The notes beneath the pieces are model-generated. The model ran no database searches, was not told the DNA's origin, and was given only the letters and a program-made list of their open reading frames with translations. A program made the position numbers and the translations under genes. From the NCBI GenBank assembly GCA_051313645.2, contig JBNRSN020000025.1:32798001-32862000 (forward strand): a stretch of DNA of 64,000 nt, given 5' to 3'. Source of the stretch: Centroscyllium fabricii (Eukaryota). This document shows positions 13,832 to 26,832 of the stretch, in pieces. Within the stretch, counting starts at the first letter, position 1; every line of letters starts with the position of its first letter.

Positions 13832-14624
13832 GTAGACGAGCAGGGAGTTCTTCTGGTCAACATTCATTCATCAACTAAGAAATAGACTAAATGGTCATTC
13901 CTCCCACTGCTGTTTGTGTTATTGCACTCTGTGCAAAATGGCTGCCAGTTTGCCTACAGAATAGTCACTGCACTTCAAAAAAAATAATTGTAGTTGAAGC
14001 ACTATTACACGCTGAGACAGGTAAGAAGGCACTATATCAATGCAAGTTATTTCTTAAGCACTTCTGTAGCTCGGGTTATGTGAGATATAATGTGTGCAAA
14101 TTTCTCAAATTTATGTTACTAAAGCTGACCATGAAAATATGGGTTTATGATCCTGATGTCGGGATATCACCTGTGACCAAACTACAGGAACAATAAGTGC
14201 AAGAGAACCTAGAAGCACACGGCATGTGGCAATAAAAGTTGGATAGTTTAACTTCCTTCGACGGTAACGCTTCAGGGGGAGGAGAGCTACAATGTAAGTG
14301 AACAAGCCAGGCAAGGATGCGGTCAAATCTACAAATATTTCACATTTATTCATCTACAGGGTAAATGTTATGAACGCGTGCTTCCAGTGTAAAGCCTCAC
14401 CTGCCGGGAGTGCTTATTCAGAAATCACAGGTATGCTTCCCACAATCTTCTGTCCATTAAAATGAATTGATGCCAAATTGTGGGGAGTGCACCCAGGATT
14501 TCCTGCTATGTATCTGCATTCTTAAAATTTACCCTTATATATTTTCCACGTGACTTGGGACGCAACGCTTTCCACTCTGCCTAGGAGGTTAACCAGTAGT
14601 TTTCAATCTAAATCAGAGTTACGA

Positions 14625-15027
14625 ACCGGATGGCCCTGCAGCGGGTAGTCAAAACTGCCCAACGAATCACCGGCACCCAGCTATCGTCAATCGAACGCAC
14701 CTACCTCAAACGTTGCCTACGGAGGTCTCTGAACATTATTTAAGACCCCACACACCCCAGCCACAGTCTGTTTGCTCCCCTGCCCTCCGGGAGACACTAC
14801 AGATCAATCCGCACCCACACGACCAGATTCAAGAACTGCTTTTCCCCAGGGCTGTCAGTCTCCTGAAATCTAACAAAAAACTCCAGTATCTGCACACCTG
14901 AAATGTACTTTATTGTATGAAATTGTATGTAACTTATTTGCATTACTCTTGGGAGCGGCGAGTCTTCGTTTTGTTGTATTGTACTCGTACTCTGCAGTGA
15001 CAATAAAACTTGAATTGAATTGAATTG
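14625..15027 (+). mobile_element. Rex1/Babar-type LINE 3' end with (TTGAA)n tail
   Basis: Encodes RVVKTAQRITGTQL...FFPRAVSLL, then AATAAA and ttgaattgaattgaatt. Short copy at ~17456-17570 (-). Confidence 0.75.
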
Positions 15028-16208
15028 GTGAAAATAGCACTATGTCAGGCAGAAGGCTTCAAAGAGCAGAAGCTGTGTGAATTCGTCACTAATTGCAGGC
15101 ATGTTTGAGTCACGTGTACCCTACATGTCACAGATGTGCTTTACATTCAAGCTCACATACTTAATCACAGAATGACAGAAGAGCAGCTGTAATTTTACAT
15201 TCAGATTTCTTTTGTTTTTTCTTTGTTAATCTTCTCCCCTCCCTCCTGAAGGTTGGATTACGTCTCAGGGTATGATTCAGCTGTTGCCAGGTGTTCACTA
15301 GTACTTTGCTCATATGACCATTATTCATAAGAGACTCATCATAATTGGCGTCACTAGATAATTCAACGCGATAGTGATCAAGTAAAGGAAACCGGTCTGA
15401 TTTTTCCTGCATAACCTAAGGCAATTAGTGTCCCTACTACTACTCCGGCTTGGATTAGCTAACTCAGCACAGAGTAGGAATCAAATCTGGGACCGGCCTG
15501 GTCTGACTGCTGACTCACCCAACGAGCTTGCTAAGTCATCGGGAGAGCCAGTTCAAAAGTGTACTGTGTGCGTATTCCAATTTTAGCTGCAAGGAAGGCA
15601 CTAAATGAAAGAATGGGGTTTCTTCACAGGGAGGAAGAGATAATTAAAGACTGAATATAAGGTCGAACATCTGTGAAGTGCCATAAGATATTTTCTATGT
15701 TAAATGCGTCATATACTGTAACTATGTGGTTGACCAGCTCACACTTGCATTGGCACTGAGCCAAAGGCTTTTTGATACTTCCTGTTAAACAAGCACCTTC
15801 AGCTGGATAACAGGACATCAGTGTGTAACATGATAAAATTACTCTGAACAGTTACACAACCTCAACGATCAAAACTTAGGAATTACAATTTTCCCCCAAT
15901 TTCCTCTCCTAAAGGCATTGACTCCTCGCCGGGTACAATTCCACAAGCACAAGTTCTAATTCTTCAAGCCAAGCCTGATCCTGTCCTTACACATGAAAAT
16001 GTGGAACCTGAGTTGATTTTTTTCCTAGTTCATCAGTGCCAAATTGTAGTGCCCTGGTTGAGATCAGCTAATTCAGTACACCTGGGAATTGAACCTGTGC
16101 CTTTCTGGCCTGCCTTTACCAACTGAGAACACTGGGATAGCTTATCAACTGGATTTCTTTAACAATTGTTTTAATCATTAAAAGATAAATAAATATCTGG
16201 TTACATAC

Positions 16209-16253
16209 TTTCCACCCCAGAAGATTTTGGTGGTGATGACGAGGCTGGACCGT
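16209..16253 (-). CDS. KCNAB2: Kv channel beta-2 subunit exon (RSSLVITTKIFWGGK)
   Basis: 45-nt exon, ttcacAG...GTatgt. Contains the AKR catalytic Lys (TTK); KIFWGG rather than the KCNAB1-type KLYWGG. Confidence 0.95.
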
Positions 16254-16294
16254 CTGTGAAGAGAAAACAAAGCAGGATGTTGATGAAGAAGACG

Positions 16295-17424
16295 ACGACT
16301 TGCATTTCTATAGTGCCTTTCATGATAAACCGAACATCTCAAAGTGCTTTACAGCCAATTAAGTACTTTTGAAATGGAGTCCCTGTTGTAATGTGGGAAA
16401 CACGGCAGCCAATTTGCGCAGAAACAGCTCCCACAAACAGCAATGTGATAATGACCAGATAATGGGCCAGAAATTCGGGTCCCCACGGGTGAGTACGCGC
16501 TGGGTACTCACGCGTAGGCCCAATGAAGGTGTCGTTTTTTTGCATGCACTGCGCATGCGCGGGAAACCGGAACTTCCATTCCCTTAAAGGAAGGGGTTCA
16601 TAGGTCGAACGCGTGTGCCGGAGAGGCAGCGTGTACGCCTGGAACTTCCGTTTTTTTTCAAGGTTTCTCCGGGAGCGCAAGTCCCCAGCAGCTACGCTTA
16701 TAAAAAGCAGTCGCAAGGCCTGCTTTTAACAAGTTAAGTGGTGAATTAAGTAAAATTAAAACATTTTTTTCCACAGGTTTATTATTTTTAAATACTTTAA
16801 AGAAAGGTAAGTTTATTTTTAGCCCGTTAGAAACTGTAATTAATTTTTTCAAAAATTTAAATAGTTATTTTATGTCACTTATAGTTATTTTAAAAATGTG
16901 AAAAAAAATTATTTGAAGTTTTAGGGCTGAACTCTAATTCATAGATTTGACAGATCTTCCTGTCAAATCTATGAATAGAGATTCTCTGCTACGATTGGCT
17001 CTCCTTGGCCCATGTGATTCCAGAGGACGCTTCGAACTAACTGCGCCACTTGGATACGCAAGCACTGCGCGCTGGCAGTTGGAGCAGACCCAGGATCTGA
17101 ATCCCACGCGGGCCCACAGCACAACAGCCGGCGCGCTAGATAAGTGCAGGTCGGGGACTTGCACCCGCGGGAAGCCCCCAACCCGAATTTCTGGGCCAAT
17201 CTGTTTTTGTTATGTTTCCAGGACACCGGGGATAACTCCCCTGCTCTACTTCTGAGAGTTTAACATCTCATCTGAAAGACGGCACCTCTGACAGTGCAGC
17301 ACTCCCTCAGTACTGCACTGGAGTGTCAGCCTAGCTTTGTATGTTCAGGTCCCTGGAGTGGGACTTGAACCCACAACCTTCTAACTCTGAGGCGAGTGTG
17401 CTACCAACTGAGCCACAGCTGACA
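16295..17424 (-). mobile_element. tRNA-derived Deu-domain SINE (SacSINE1-like), interrupted by a MITE
   Basis: Minus strand has A-box tggctcagttgg, B-box ggttcaagtcc, Deu core 'cagtgcagtactgagggagtgctgcactg' and tail 'atagaaatgcaagtc'. Partial copies at ~12855, 13545, 41390, 44240, 46200 and 56720. Confidence 0.8.
16464..17197. mobile_element. PIF/Harbinger-like MITE (734 bp)
   Basis: TIR GGGCCAGAAATTCGGGT / ACCCGAATTTCTGGGCC with 3-bp TSD AAT. Removing it restores the host SINE 'ccagataatctgtttt'. Confidence 0.85.
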
Positions 17425-18183
17425 CTCAAGGGCTTGGTTAATTTGACTTTAAGTTTTATTCAATTCAATTCAAGTTTTATTGTCATTGCAGAGTACTAGT
17501 ACAATACAATGAGATGAAGACTCGACGCTCCCGAGAGTAGTGCAAATAAATTACATGCAAATTGCACAGTACTGCAAGATTAGTAAGTTAATACAATGAG
17601 AATATTATTTAATTCACCCACAAAACATATCAGAAAATGTTTGGGTTTAATTGTGGAAAAATAAATACATCAACCTTCTCTTTTATAGGGTAGAGATTCT
17701 GATTGGTGCTGGTCTCATACAAGTGCTTAATGTTCTTGTACCAAACTTCTCTCTGCTGTTTTAGTTCAGACATTAACCTGCTAAAATAGTGCAGAGGAAG
17801 TTGTTATCAGCACATTAAGTGTTTGTCATGACTAATGCTGATCATAATCCTTACTCTCAGAAGTCACGTTTCTCACTTCAGATTTGTGGCCTCCTGCATA
17901 TGTGTTACATGTTGGTTGAGATGGTGGTAAGCAATTGTGCTTCCAGGCCTCTGCTAATGTAACCAGCCACAGGGAGGTGCACAAGCCCAGAGCAAGGTGA
18001 TTCACCTTCCTATTTTCTGGCTCTTTAAGGGAAATGCCTAGTCTGTTACTGGCATCTCCCCTGTACGGCTAGGAATCCACCATGTGGAGTATAAGTCACA
18101 AAACTTCATAGAGTGTTCAACAAGACCTATTGTTTGGGCACTGATGTACTGTATCATTTAAAAGTGTTTGTTGAAATACAGTA

Positions 18184-18810
18184 CAGGTTGAGCACTGTTA
18201 ATCCGACACGGGTGGGACCAGGCTCGTGCCAGGAAAGTGAAAATCCCGAACGATTGAAGCTTCGGTGAGTGCATGCACAGACCATTCAAAATGGCCGCCG
18301 TGAAAGGCCGGCGGCCATTTTGAGTGGTCTGCGCATGCGCTTATCGTTCGGGGAGGCCCGGCCCACAATCGGCTCGGAGAGACTCGGGTAGGCCTGGCCC
18401 GGCTCGGAGAGTGCCGGCCCGTGATCGGCTCGGAGAGGCCCAGCCCGCGATCGGCTCGGGGAGACCCGGCCCGCGATCGGCTCGGGGAGACCCGGCCCGC
18501 GATCGGCTCGGGGAGACCCGGCCCGCGATCGGCTCGGGGAGACCCGGCCCGCGATCGGCTCGGGGAGGCCCGGCCCGCGATCGGCTCGGGGAAGCCCGGC
18601 CTGCGATCGGCTCGGAGACCCCCGGCCTGGCCCACGATCGGCTCAGGGAGGCCCAGCCCGCGGAGGCCATTGTGAATGATCTGCGCATGCGCTTGCCGAT
18701 GCATCAATCGCGGTGGCCATTTTGTGCATGCGCAGGGCAATCGGGGAAATTTATGCCGGACGACTGAAGCTGCCGGCTTTTCGGTTAACGGATTACCGGC
18801 GCTCAACGTG
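18184..18810 (+). mobile_element. Tigger/pogo-like MITE family A, copy 1, with internal 26-bp tandem array
   Basis: TA|CAGGTTGAGCACTGTTAATCCG ... CGGATTACCGGCGCTCAACGTG|TA. Unit gcgatcggctcggggagacccggccc. Confidence 0.9.
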
Positions 18811-19722
18811 TATTTCCACAATGGTCAGATGCATGAACCAGCTTTATCGCTTTCAGGTTTTGAAATCATCTGCAATGCTACATAAATTTTCCAAACTGCT
18901 ACTAAAAGAAGGCTGTACAAACTGCAGTTTTAACCAAAAGATAGCAATAGAAATATCTGAATGGGGTCACTGCAAAGCCACTGAGTGAAAGACAACTCAA
19001 AAAAAGATGCTGTGGCAGGTTGATAAAGATACAGGGAATACTTGGAAGGAAGCAGAGGTGCAAGGTTAAAAAAATATACATCATGGAGTGAATAACTCCA
19101 GAGTACACAAGTAAATTATGTGGTCCTTATCACAGAGGCAATGAAGTTCGATGATAACTGGGCAAGATAAGAGAGAAGGGTTTGAAGCATATGGTGAGAA
19201 GGCTGGATAGTAAAGTTGATCTGTCAAAGGGGATAGGCTTGAATTTCTCTTGCTCTTCCCATTCTGTTACTGAATGAGAACATTTTTAACATGCTCTCTG
19301 CAAGAGGAGGTAAAAGGTTTTAGTCTTTCAAGTAGAACACACATGCAATACAACATGATAGATTTCAATCTCAGATATGTTTAGAAACAGATTTTATATT
19401 TCTATGAGGGTCAGTTAACTTTGCAATAGTGTTGATGAGACATTTGTTCTCTGATTACATACAATAAATGGGAGTGTACAGGTACACTCATGCTGAAGTA
19501 ACTGTTGTTCACCATGGCTCCCCACTATCCAATTTTCTAATGTCAACTGGGCAAAAGATGATCATTTCTGGCACAAACATTTTAAGCTTAGAAATTATGT
19601 TATGTGATATTAGTATGTGAATTCTTAATTGTTGAACAGCAAGGTAATTTCAGATGAGTATTCTTAAGTAAATTTCAATATACTCTCAAAGCTTCAAACT
19701 AACAAATAAAAATAAAAGTTAC

Positions 19723-19767
19723 CTCCATCCTTTCTTCTTGATGATGTTTCCCAATACAATTTCTGCC
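19723..19767 (-). CDS. KCNAB2: Kv channel beta-2 subunit exon (AEIVLGNIIKKKGWR)
   Basis: 45-nt exon, ccccAG...GTaact, phase 2-2. I did not find the preceding exon (MAEQLM...YAAGK) in 19768-64000, implying an intron >44 kb. Confidence 0.95.
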
Positions 19768-19929
19768 CTGGGGAAAAAGAAGATAGTGAGGTTAAACACA
19801 TTTTACATTAACAGTCGAATCCAGGTCATTCCCATGTATGGCATTCTACTTTCCTTCACTTATGATCAGATGATATTCTGCTATACAATATCAGCATTCT
19901 TTACACCTGTTTTGGTGATCTATTCAGTG

Positions 19930-21800
19930 AGCTTAGCCTGTTTAGATAAGTGGATTATAATGTAGCGTTTGAAAGGGAAAAATGCGAAACAGCTACTAAG
20001 ATTCTAGATTTGGGTAAGGCCGACTTCAACAGGATGAGACAGAGACTGTCCACAGTATACTGGGCAAATCTGTTAATGGGTAAAAATACAGAAGATCAGT
20101 GGGCGAATAGCATCTATCCTGGCGAATGGGAAAGATACAAAGAACAGCAAAGGGTCACAAAACAGATACAGGTTGTGCACCGTTAATCTGTTACCCGATA
20201 AGCCGGCAACTTCAGTCTTCCGGAACAAATTGCCCCGACTGCCCTGCGCATGTGCAAAATGGCCACTGCGATTAATGCTTCAGTGAATGATCTGCGCATG
20301 CGCCGCCGAACGGCGAGCGCATGCGCAAATCATTCACAATGGCCGCCGAAGTTTTTAATGATCTGCGCATGCGCTGCCGAATGATCCCGGGCCGGGCCTT
20401 CCCGAGCCTCGCCTTACCAAGGCTTCCTGAGCCGGGCCTCGCCGGGGCTTCCCGAGCCAGGCCTCGCCTTACCGAGCCGGGGCTTCCCGAGCTGGGCCTC
20501 GCCTTGCCAGGCCTCGCTTTACCGAGCCGGGGCTTCCCAAGCCGGGCCTCGCCTCCTCGCCTTACCGAGCCGGGCCTCGCCGGGGCTTCCCGAGCTGGGC
20601 CTCGCCTTACCGAGCCGGGCCTCGCCGGGGCTTCCCGAGCTGGGCCTCGCCTTACCGAGCCTTCCCGAGCTGGGCCTCGCCTTGCTGAGCCGGGGCTTCC
20701 CGAGCTGGGCCTCGTCTTACTGAGCCTTTCCGAGCTGGGCCTCGCCTTGCCGAGCCTCGCCAGGCCTCGCTTTACCGAGCCGGGGCTTCCCAAGCCGGGC
20801 CTTGCCTCCTCGCCTTACCGAGCCGGGGCTTCCCGAGCCGGGCCTCACCTCACTGAACGATAAGCACATGCGCAGACCACTCAAAATGGCCGAAGGCCTT
20901 TCGCAGTGGCCATTTTGAATGGTCTGCGCATGCGCTCGCCGAAGCTTCAATCATTTGGGATTTTCACTTTCCCGGCACCGGCCTGGTCCCGCCCGTGCCG
21001 GATTAACGGTGCTCAACCTGTAGTAAGATCTAAAAAAAGGGAGTATGAAAAGAAACTTGCAAAGGATATCAAAATCAATATGAAGAATTTTTACAATTAC
21101 ATTAAGAAAAAGAGGGTAGTCAGGAGCAAAGTTGGCCCCATAAAAAACTGAAATCGGTGATATTGTCAATGATAATAAGGAAATGGTGGACATGTTGAAT
21201 AATTACTTTGCGTCAGTATTTACAGTAGAAGAGGGTAGCATGCCGGAAATCCCAAGGAAACCTATATTGAATCGGGGACAGGGACTCAATAAAATTCACG
21301 TAAGTAAAATAAGTTATTAAGAAAAAAATAGCACGAAAGAGTGACAAATCCCCAGGACCAGATGGTTTTCATCCCAGGATGTTAAAGGAAGTAGGTGAGC
21401 ACATTGCAGATGCCCTAACTATAATCTTCCAAAGTTCTCCAGATTCCAGAACCGTTCCTTTAGATTGGAAAATTGTGCATGTCACTCCACTATTTAAAAA
21501 TGGTGAGAGAGAGAAACCAGGTAATTATAGGCCAGTTAACCGAACATCGGTTGTCAGGAAATTGCTAGTCTATAATTAAGAACAGGGTTATTGAACACCT
21601 CGAACATTTTCAGATGATCAGAGAGCCAGCATGGATTTGTGAAAGGTAGATCATGCCTGACATACCTGATTTTTTGAAGGTGTGACTAAAGTAGTGGACA
21701 GGGGAATGCCTATGCATGTTATTTATATGGGCTTCCAAAAGGCATTTGATAAAGTCCCACATAAAAGACTGTCATCTAAGGTAGAAGCCCATGGAATTTG
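19930..21800 (+). mobile_element. Degenerate CR1 ORF2 fragment, interrupted by MITE A copy 2
   Basis: KREYEKKLA, DWKIVHVTPLFK, NYRPV and FQKAFDKVPH motifs. Confidence 0.85.
20169..21020 (-). mobile_element. Tigger/pogo-like MITE family A, copy 2 (inverted relative to copy 1), with mosaic GC-rich array
   Basis: TA|CAGGTTGTGCACCGTTAATC ... GATTAACGGTGCTCAACCTG|TA. Array ~20390-20850 built from ccgagccggggctt and ccgagctgggcctcgcctta modules. Confidence 0.9.
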
Positions 21801-22796
21801 CGATTTTGACAGCGGATCCGTCTCCAAACCCACACTGAACGCCGGCAAAATTCAGTCCTCAATGTCAGCATCAGCACAATTAGATACTCAGTAAAGCTCC
21901 CCTTACTCTGCCTCAATAATGCTTCTTCTGAAGACTATCCACTACTGCAACAGTATGTTATTTTTGCATTTCCTACACCAGATATCCTTTGGCCCCTCTG
22001 ACTGAGACTGCCAATGTAGTGACAAATAGCACCAAATTAAGCACAGCTTTGTATTGAGCATTCATGCCCACTAGGTTGAGACTGGCCAAAATCATCTCAC
22101 ATTGGATCCTTATACTTAGCTGACAGAGGAAATTTTCATTCTCTGTTTTAATAAGCATAAATACTGCTCTAAAACAGTTGTCATATGAAATTATTATTCG
22201 AATGTGCTGGTTGCAAAAATATTGCAAATAGTTTAAACTACTAAATTTTCCTACGCAATAGTGATTGCATGCAAAACAACTGGCGTGGAAAGGCCATATA
22301 CCCTGTATCACAAAATTAATACATAGATGATCCTCTTCAAACAAAAGCATATAGGGTCCAGTAAACATTTTAGAAACCACCATTTTAAACATCCTTATTG
22401 TTTTAAACATCCTGGCTGACCTCCCACCTTGCATCCTCCTTAAACTTGAACTCATCCAAAACTCTGCTGCCCATATCCTAACTCACACCAAGTCCTGTTC
22501 ACCCATTACCTGTGTTTGCCGACCCACATTGGCTTCTGGTCTGGCAATGCCTCAATTGTAAAATTCTTATAATTGTTTTCAAACCCATTGATAGCTTCGC
22601 CCCTCCCTATCTCTGTAGCCCTACAACCCTCCGAGATGATTGCGCTCCTCCAAATCTGGCCTCCTGCACATCCTCGATTTTAATCGTTCCACCATAGGCG
22701 GCCGTGCCTTCAGGTGCCTAGGCCCTAAGCTCTGGAATTCCCTCCCTAAACCTCTCCACCTCTCTCTTCTTCTTTAAGACATTCCTTAAAACTTAC

Positions 22797-23454
22797 AGGG
22801 GAAAAATTGGGTTGCTTTGCGCTAACGGGACGTAAAGCCACTAGCACCTGGGTGCGGCGCCGCTAACGCCTCCCGTGAAATTCAGCGGGTTAGCGGCAGC
22901 GCCCCGTGGCGCTGCACCTCCGGTGATGACATCATCACCATGCGCAGCGCTCCTCTCACACCCCAGCCACAAACTTCAGTTGTGCCCTGACCTACCGCCA
23001 GATGATATGTCCGACAGGGTCAGGATGGTGTTTTTGTGGCTGTGGCGGCACAAATTAAAGGGCAGGTACCAGACGGCCATTTTTTTGTGGCCACCTGCCA
23101 GCACCTACCCCCTTCTGCTTTTTTATGCAGGGTGCCGGCCGTGATCGGTCAGCCCGGCACTCCTTGAGTGCCATGTTGTTTTCCCGGCCCCCTGCTCCCC
23201 AGTGGTCCAGCAGGGCCCCAATGAGCACAGTGCTAGGCCCCTCCCCTAATCAGGGGAGGGAGGCCTGACGCGCGTGGTGCTGTTGCACGTAGCGTCACGA
23301 TATTCAATGGTGGTGCCCCAGGAAGGAGGGGGAGTGCTTCTTGTAGCGCCCGACCTCCTGCATGGGCGCTACTACTGAATGTACAGCGCAGGGGTGCTAA
23401 CTTTTTCATGGCGAAGTTAGCGCCCCAAAGGGGGTGCCACTGAATTTTTCTCCC
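22797..23454. mobile_element. Harbinger-like MITE
   Basis: Imperfect TIR (A)GGGGAAAAATT / AATTTTTCTCCC, apparent TSD TAC, GC-rich body resembling 42591-43437. Confidence 0.65.
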
Positions 23455-23566
23455 TACCTCTTTGACCAAGCTTTTGGTCACCTGTCCTAATAACTCCTTA
23501 TGTGGCTCGGTGTCAAATTTACTCCTGTGAAGCGCCGTGGGACATTTTACTACACTAAAGGCAATA

Positions 23567-24094
23567 CAGGTACACAACCCTTTATCCGAAAACCTCGGGA
23601 CGGGGCGGGTCTCGGTTTTTGGATAAATACGGTTTTTAGAGTTGGCCCCAGTGCGCATGCGCAGATCGCGTGCGCATGCGCATTTCCTTGTTTGCGGCCC
23701 TGCTCACAGTCGGGGAGTGGCATATCGGCCGTTTGGAGCAAGAGATCGGCCGTTTGCAGGGGGAGATCGGCCGTTTGCAGGGGGAGATCGGCCGTTTGCA
23801 GGGGAGATCGGCCGTTTGCAGGGGGAGATCGGCCGTTTGCAGGGGGAGATCGGCCATTTGGAGCAGGAGATCGGCCATTTGGAGCAGGAGATCGGCCGTT
23901 TGCAGGGGGAGATCGGCCGTTTGCAGGGGAGATCGGCCGTTTGCAGGGGAGATCGGCCGTTTGCAGGGGAGATCGGCCATTTTTTTCCTCAGCACGGCAT
24001 CAACAGCATGAGATCAGGGTAGGAACGTGTTTTTTCTGCTGCAGCTTAAATCATCTTCAGTTTTTGGAGTTGCGGATAAGGGATTGTGTACCTG
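23567..24094 (+). mobile_element. Tigger-like MITE family B (MER46-like ends), long copy with 20/21-bp minisatellite
   Basis: TA|CAGGTACACAACCCTTTATCCG ... CGGATAAGGGATTGTGTACCTG|TA. About 12 units of gagatcggccgtttgcagggg. Confidence 0.9.
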
Positions 24095-24639
24095 TATATA
24101 AACGCAAGTTGTTGTGAAAAATTATTCAATTTTTGATCTATTTAGCTGACATCAGGCTTGTGTAAAAAAAATTCCAGCATACTGATTAAGCGTTTCTAGC
24201 CTTTTGAATTTGTGAGCTGTCTGCAAGATTTCTCCCTGGCAAGCAGTCTAATATTAATCATGACGTTTTGTTGTTTAATAAATATGCCAACTTGCAGAAA
24301 TTTCTGGATTTAAGATGGTGTTTTGATGGCTGCAGTATATATGCAGGGACATGGTGTGATTACAATTACAATTAGTAAATAATACAATGCTATTTATTTC
24401 TTACTTAAAGATTAATGTTGGAGGCTCGTTTGATACAATTCCACCTGCAGCACCCAAATGCCTTCCAGGAGACAGCAGGTCAACACAGGAGGAGGACTAA
24501 GTCAATTAACAGTGACCCAGCCAGCAACATCATCAGTTACACCACTTGCTGAGATAGGTAGGACCCTTTGTCCCCTGAATCCTGGGAGTCAAGACTAAAC
24601 AAACGGCTCCAATCACTCAATACTCCCTGCTCATAGCGC

Positions 24640-25970
24640 ATAAGAACATAAGAAATAGGAGCAGGAGTAGGCCTCAGTTTTGAAATGGCAGCCCCTTATT
24701 TTAAGATCATGCCCCCTAGACCTAGTTTCACCCACCATTGGGAACATCCTCACCGCATCCACCCGATCAAGCCCTCTCACAATCTTATATGTTTCAATAA
24801 GATCGCCTCTCATTCTTCTGAACTCCAATGAGCAGAGGCCCAATCTACACAGCCTCTCGTTTTATGTCAGCCCCCTCATCCCCGGAATTAACCTAGTGAA
24901 CCTTCTTTGCACTGCCTCGAGAGCAAGTATGTCCTTTCTTAAATATGGATACCAGAACTGCACGCAGTATTCCAGGTGTGGTCTCACCAATACCCTGTAC
25001 AACTGCAGCAAGACCTCCCTGCTTTTATACTCAATCCCCTTAGCAATAAAAGCCAACATTCCGTTGGCCTTCCTTACCACCTGCTGCACCTGCATATTAA
25101 CTTTTTGTGTTTCCTGCACCAGGACCCCCAGATCCCTTTGCACTGAAGTACTTTCCAGTTTCTTTCCATTTAGATAATAACTCGCTCTATTATTTTTCCG
25201 GCCAAAGTGCATAACTTCACATTTTCCAATATTATACTCCATCTGCCAAATCTCTGCCCACTCACTTAGCCTATCTATGTCCTTTTGCAGGTTTTTAATG
25301 TCCTCCTCACTCATCACCCTCCCTCCCATCTTTGTGTCATCCGCAAAACTTTGCTATGTTGCACTTGGTCCCTTCTTCCAAATCATTAATATAGATTGTA
25401 AAGAGTTGGGGTCCCAGCACCGACCCTTGCGGAACACCACTAGTGATTGACTGCCAGTCTGAGAACGAACCATTTATCCCAACTCTCTGTTTTCTGTTAG
25501 AAAGCCAATCCTCCACCCATGCCAGAATATTACCCCCAACCCCGTGATTTTTTATCTTGAGTAATAATCTTTTGTGGGGCACCTTGTCAAATGCCTTTTG
25601 GAAGTCTAAATACATTACATCCACTGGTTCCCCTTTATCCACCCTATATGTTATGTCCTCAAAGAACTCTAGCAAATTTGGCAAACATGACTTCCCCTTT
25701 GTAAAACCATGCTGACTTTATCCTATTAAATTATGTTTATCCAAATGCCCTGTTACTGTTTCCTTAATAATGGATTCTAACATTTTGCCAACCACAGATG
25801 TTAGGCTAACTGGTCTATAATTTCCAGACTTCTGTCTATTACCCTTTTTAAATAAAGGCGTTACGTTAGCAGTTTTCCAATCTGCCGGAACCTTTGCCGA
25901 GTCCAGAGAGTTTTGAAAAATTATTACCAACGCATCCACAATCCCTACCGCCACTTCCCTCAAGACCCTA
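24640..25970 (-). mobile_element. CR1 LINE RT fragment, same subfamily as 50870-55870
   Basis: ORFs 25718, 25337 and 24862 are nearly identical in peptide to those at 53800-54970. (TTCTTATG)n tail near 24640. Confidence 0.95.
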
Positions 25971-26025
25971 GCTATGCTATGATAAATTCAAGGCACCCTT
26001 TTGCAAGCAAAGTGTATGACTCTAT

Positions 26026-26832
26026 GGGGTCAATTTTCCTGGAGCCGACAGGCGGCTTTTTCGGCGGCCGTGGAGGGTAAAAAAAACAAAACGGGGCCTG
26101 CCGGTTTCCTGCCAGCTTGTCAGTTTCAGGCTGGCGGGTCCGATCGGCCCGCTTCAGGCCCGCCTGGCATCGGCGGGGATGGTCATTAGGGGCCCTTAAT
26201 TGGCATGTATAATGCCATTTTAAGGGCCCCTTGCAATTTTCAGACTTTTCCCACACAAAATCCACCAGCTGGAAACCCCGCCGGTGAAACCTAGCGGGGA
26301 CACATTCGGTTTGCTGCCTTTCACCTTCAAGGCATTGAAGTACCTGTAGCAGAATGGCTTCCTGGCCTCCAGCATGCTGGAGGTCTAACTGTCTCCCTAG
26401 GGTGCCCAAGATTAGTGGGGAAAAAACTTTTAAGAACTTACCTTCCAGCTGCTTGCTAGTGATCGACAGATAGACGTTCCCGAGCTGTCAGGAGCCTGCC
26501 AGTGAAGCAAACCACCTAGAGCTGTCAATCATCGACTTGCGGTTAGATTCTGTTGACAGTGGATTGTGACATCACAATGCACCGAAACAACAGAAAGAAA
26601 CAGACCAGACTACTTGGAGTTGTCAGTCATGGGCTCTGGTGGTTACACAGTGGGAACCCCGCCGGCTTTCCATCTTAAATCAATCAATTGGCAGGGGCTT
26701 CTCACATGCGGGGATTTAATTGACCAATTGAGCCAAAATTGCGTGGGGCTCCCACACCCTTCAGAAAGCGGGAAGAAAAAGTGATCAGCGGGGAACCCAC
26801 CAATTCCCCACACCTTGAGGAAAATTGACACC
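26026..26832 (+). mobile_element. Harbinger-like MITE family H (807 bp)
   Basis: TAT|GGGGTCAATTTTCCT ... AGGAAAATTGACACC|TAT, with the shared internal hairpin block. Confidence 0.85.

Larger units (their letters stand above)
22400..24115 (+). mobile_element. L2-type LINE 3' end hosting two MITEs
   Basis: 'ctcatccaaaactctgctgccc' (LIQNSAA) and tail 'gggacattttactac...tataaacgcaagttgttg'. Related pieces at ~3830-4110 and 49205-49410 (-). Confidence 0.65.

Noticed and set aside
17350-17424. tRNA gene
   Set aside because: tRNA-like head of a SINE with A and B boxes; it continues into the Deu core and lacks a convincing cloverleaf.
23720-23980. Possible CRISPR-like array (also considered 47936-48070)
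   Set aside because: Head-to-tail repeats without unique spacers, no cas genes, vertebrate intron context.
23642-24022. ORFs with heptad repeats EIGRLQG/EIGHLEQ that look like a coiled coil
   Set aside because: By-product of the 21-bp minisatellite. 20-bp units shift the frame, and there are no splice or gene context signals.
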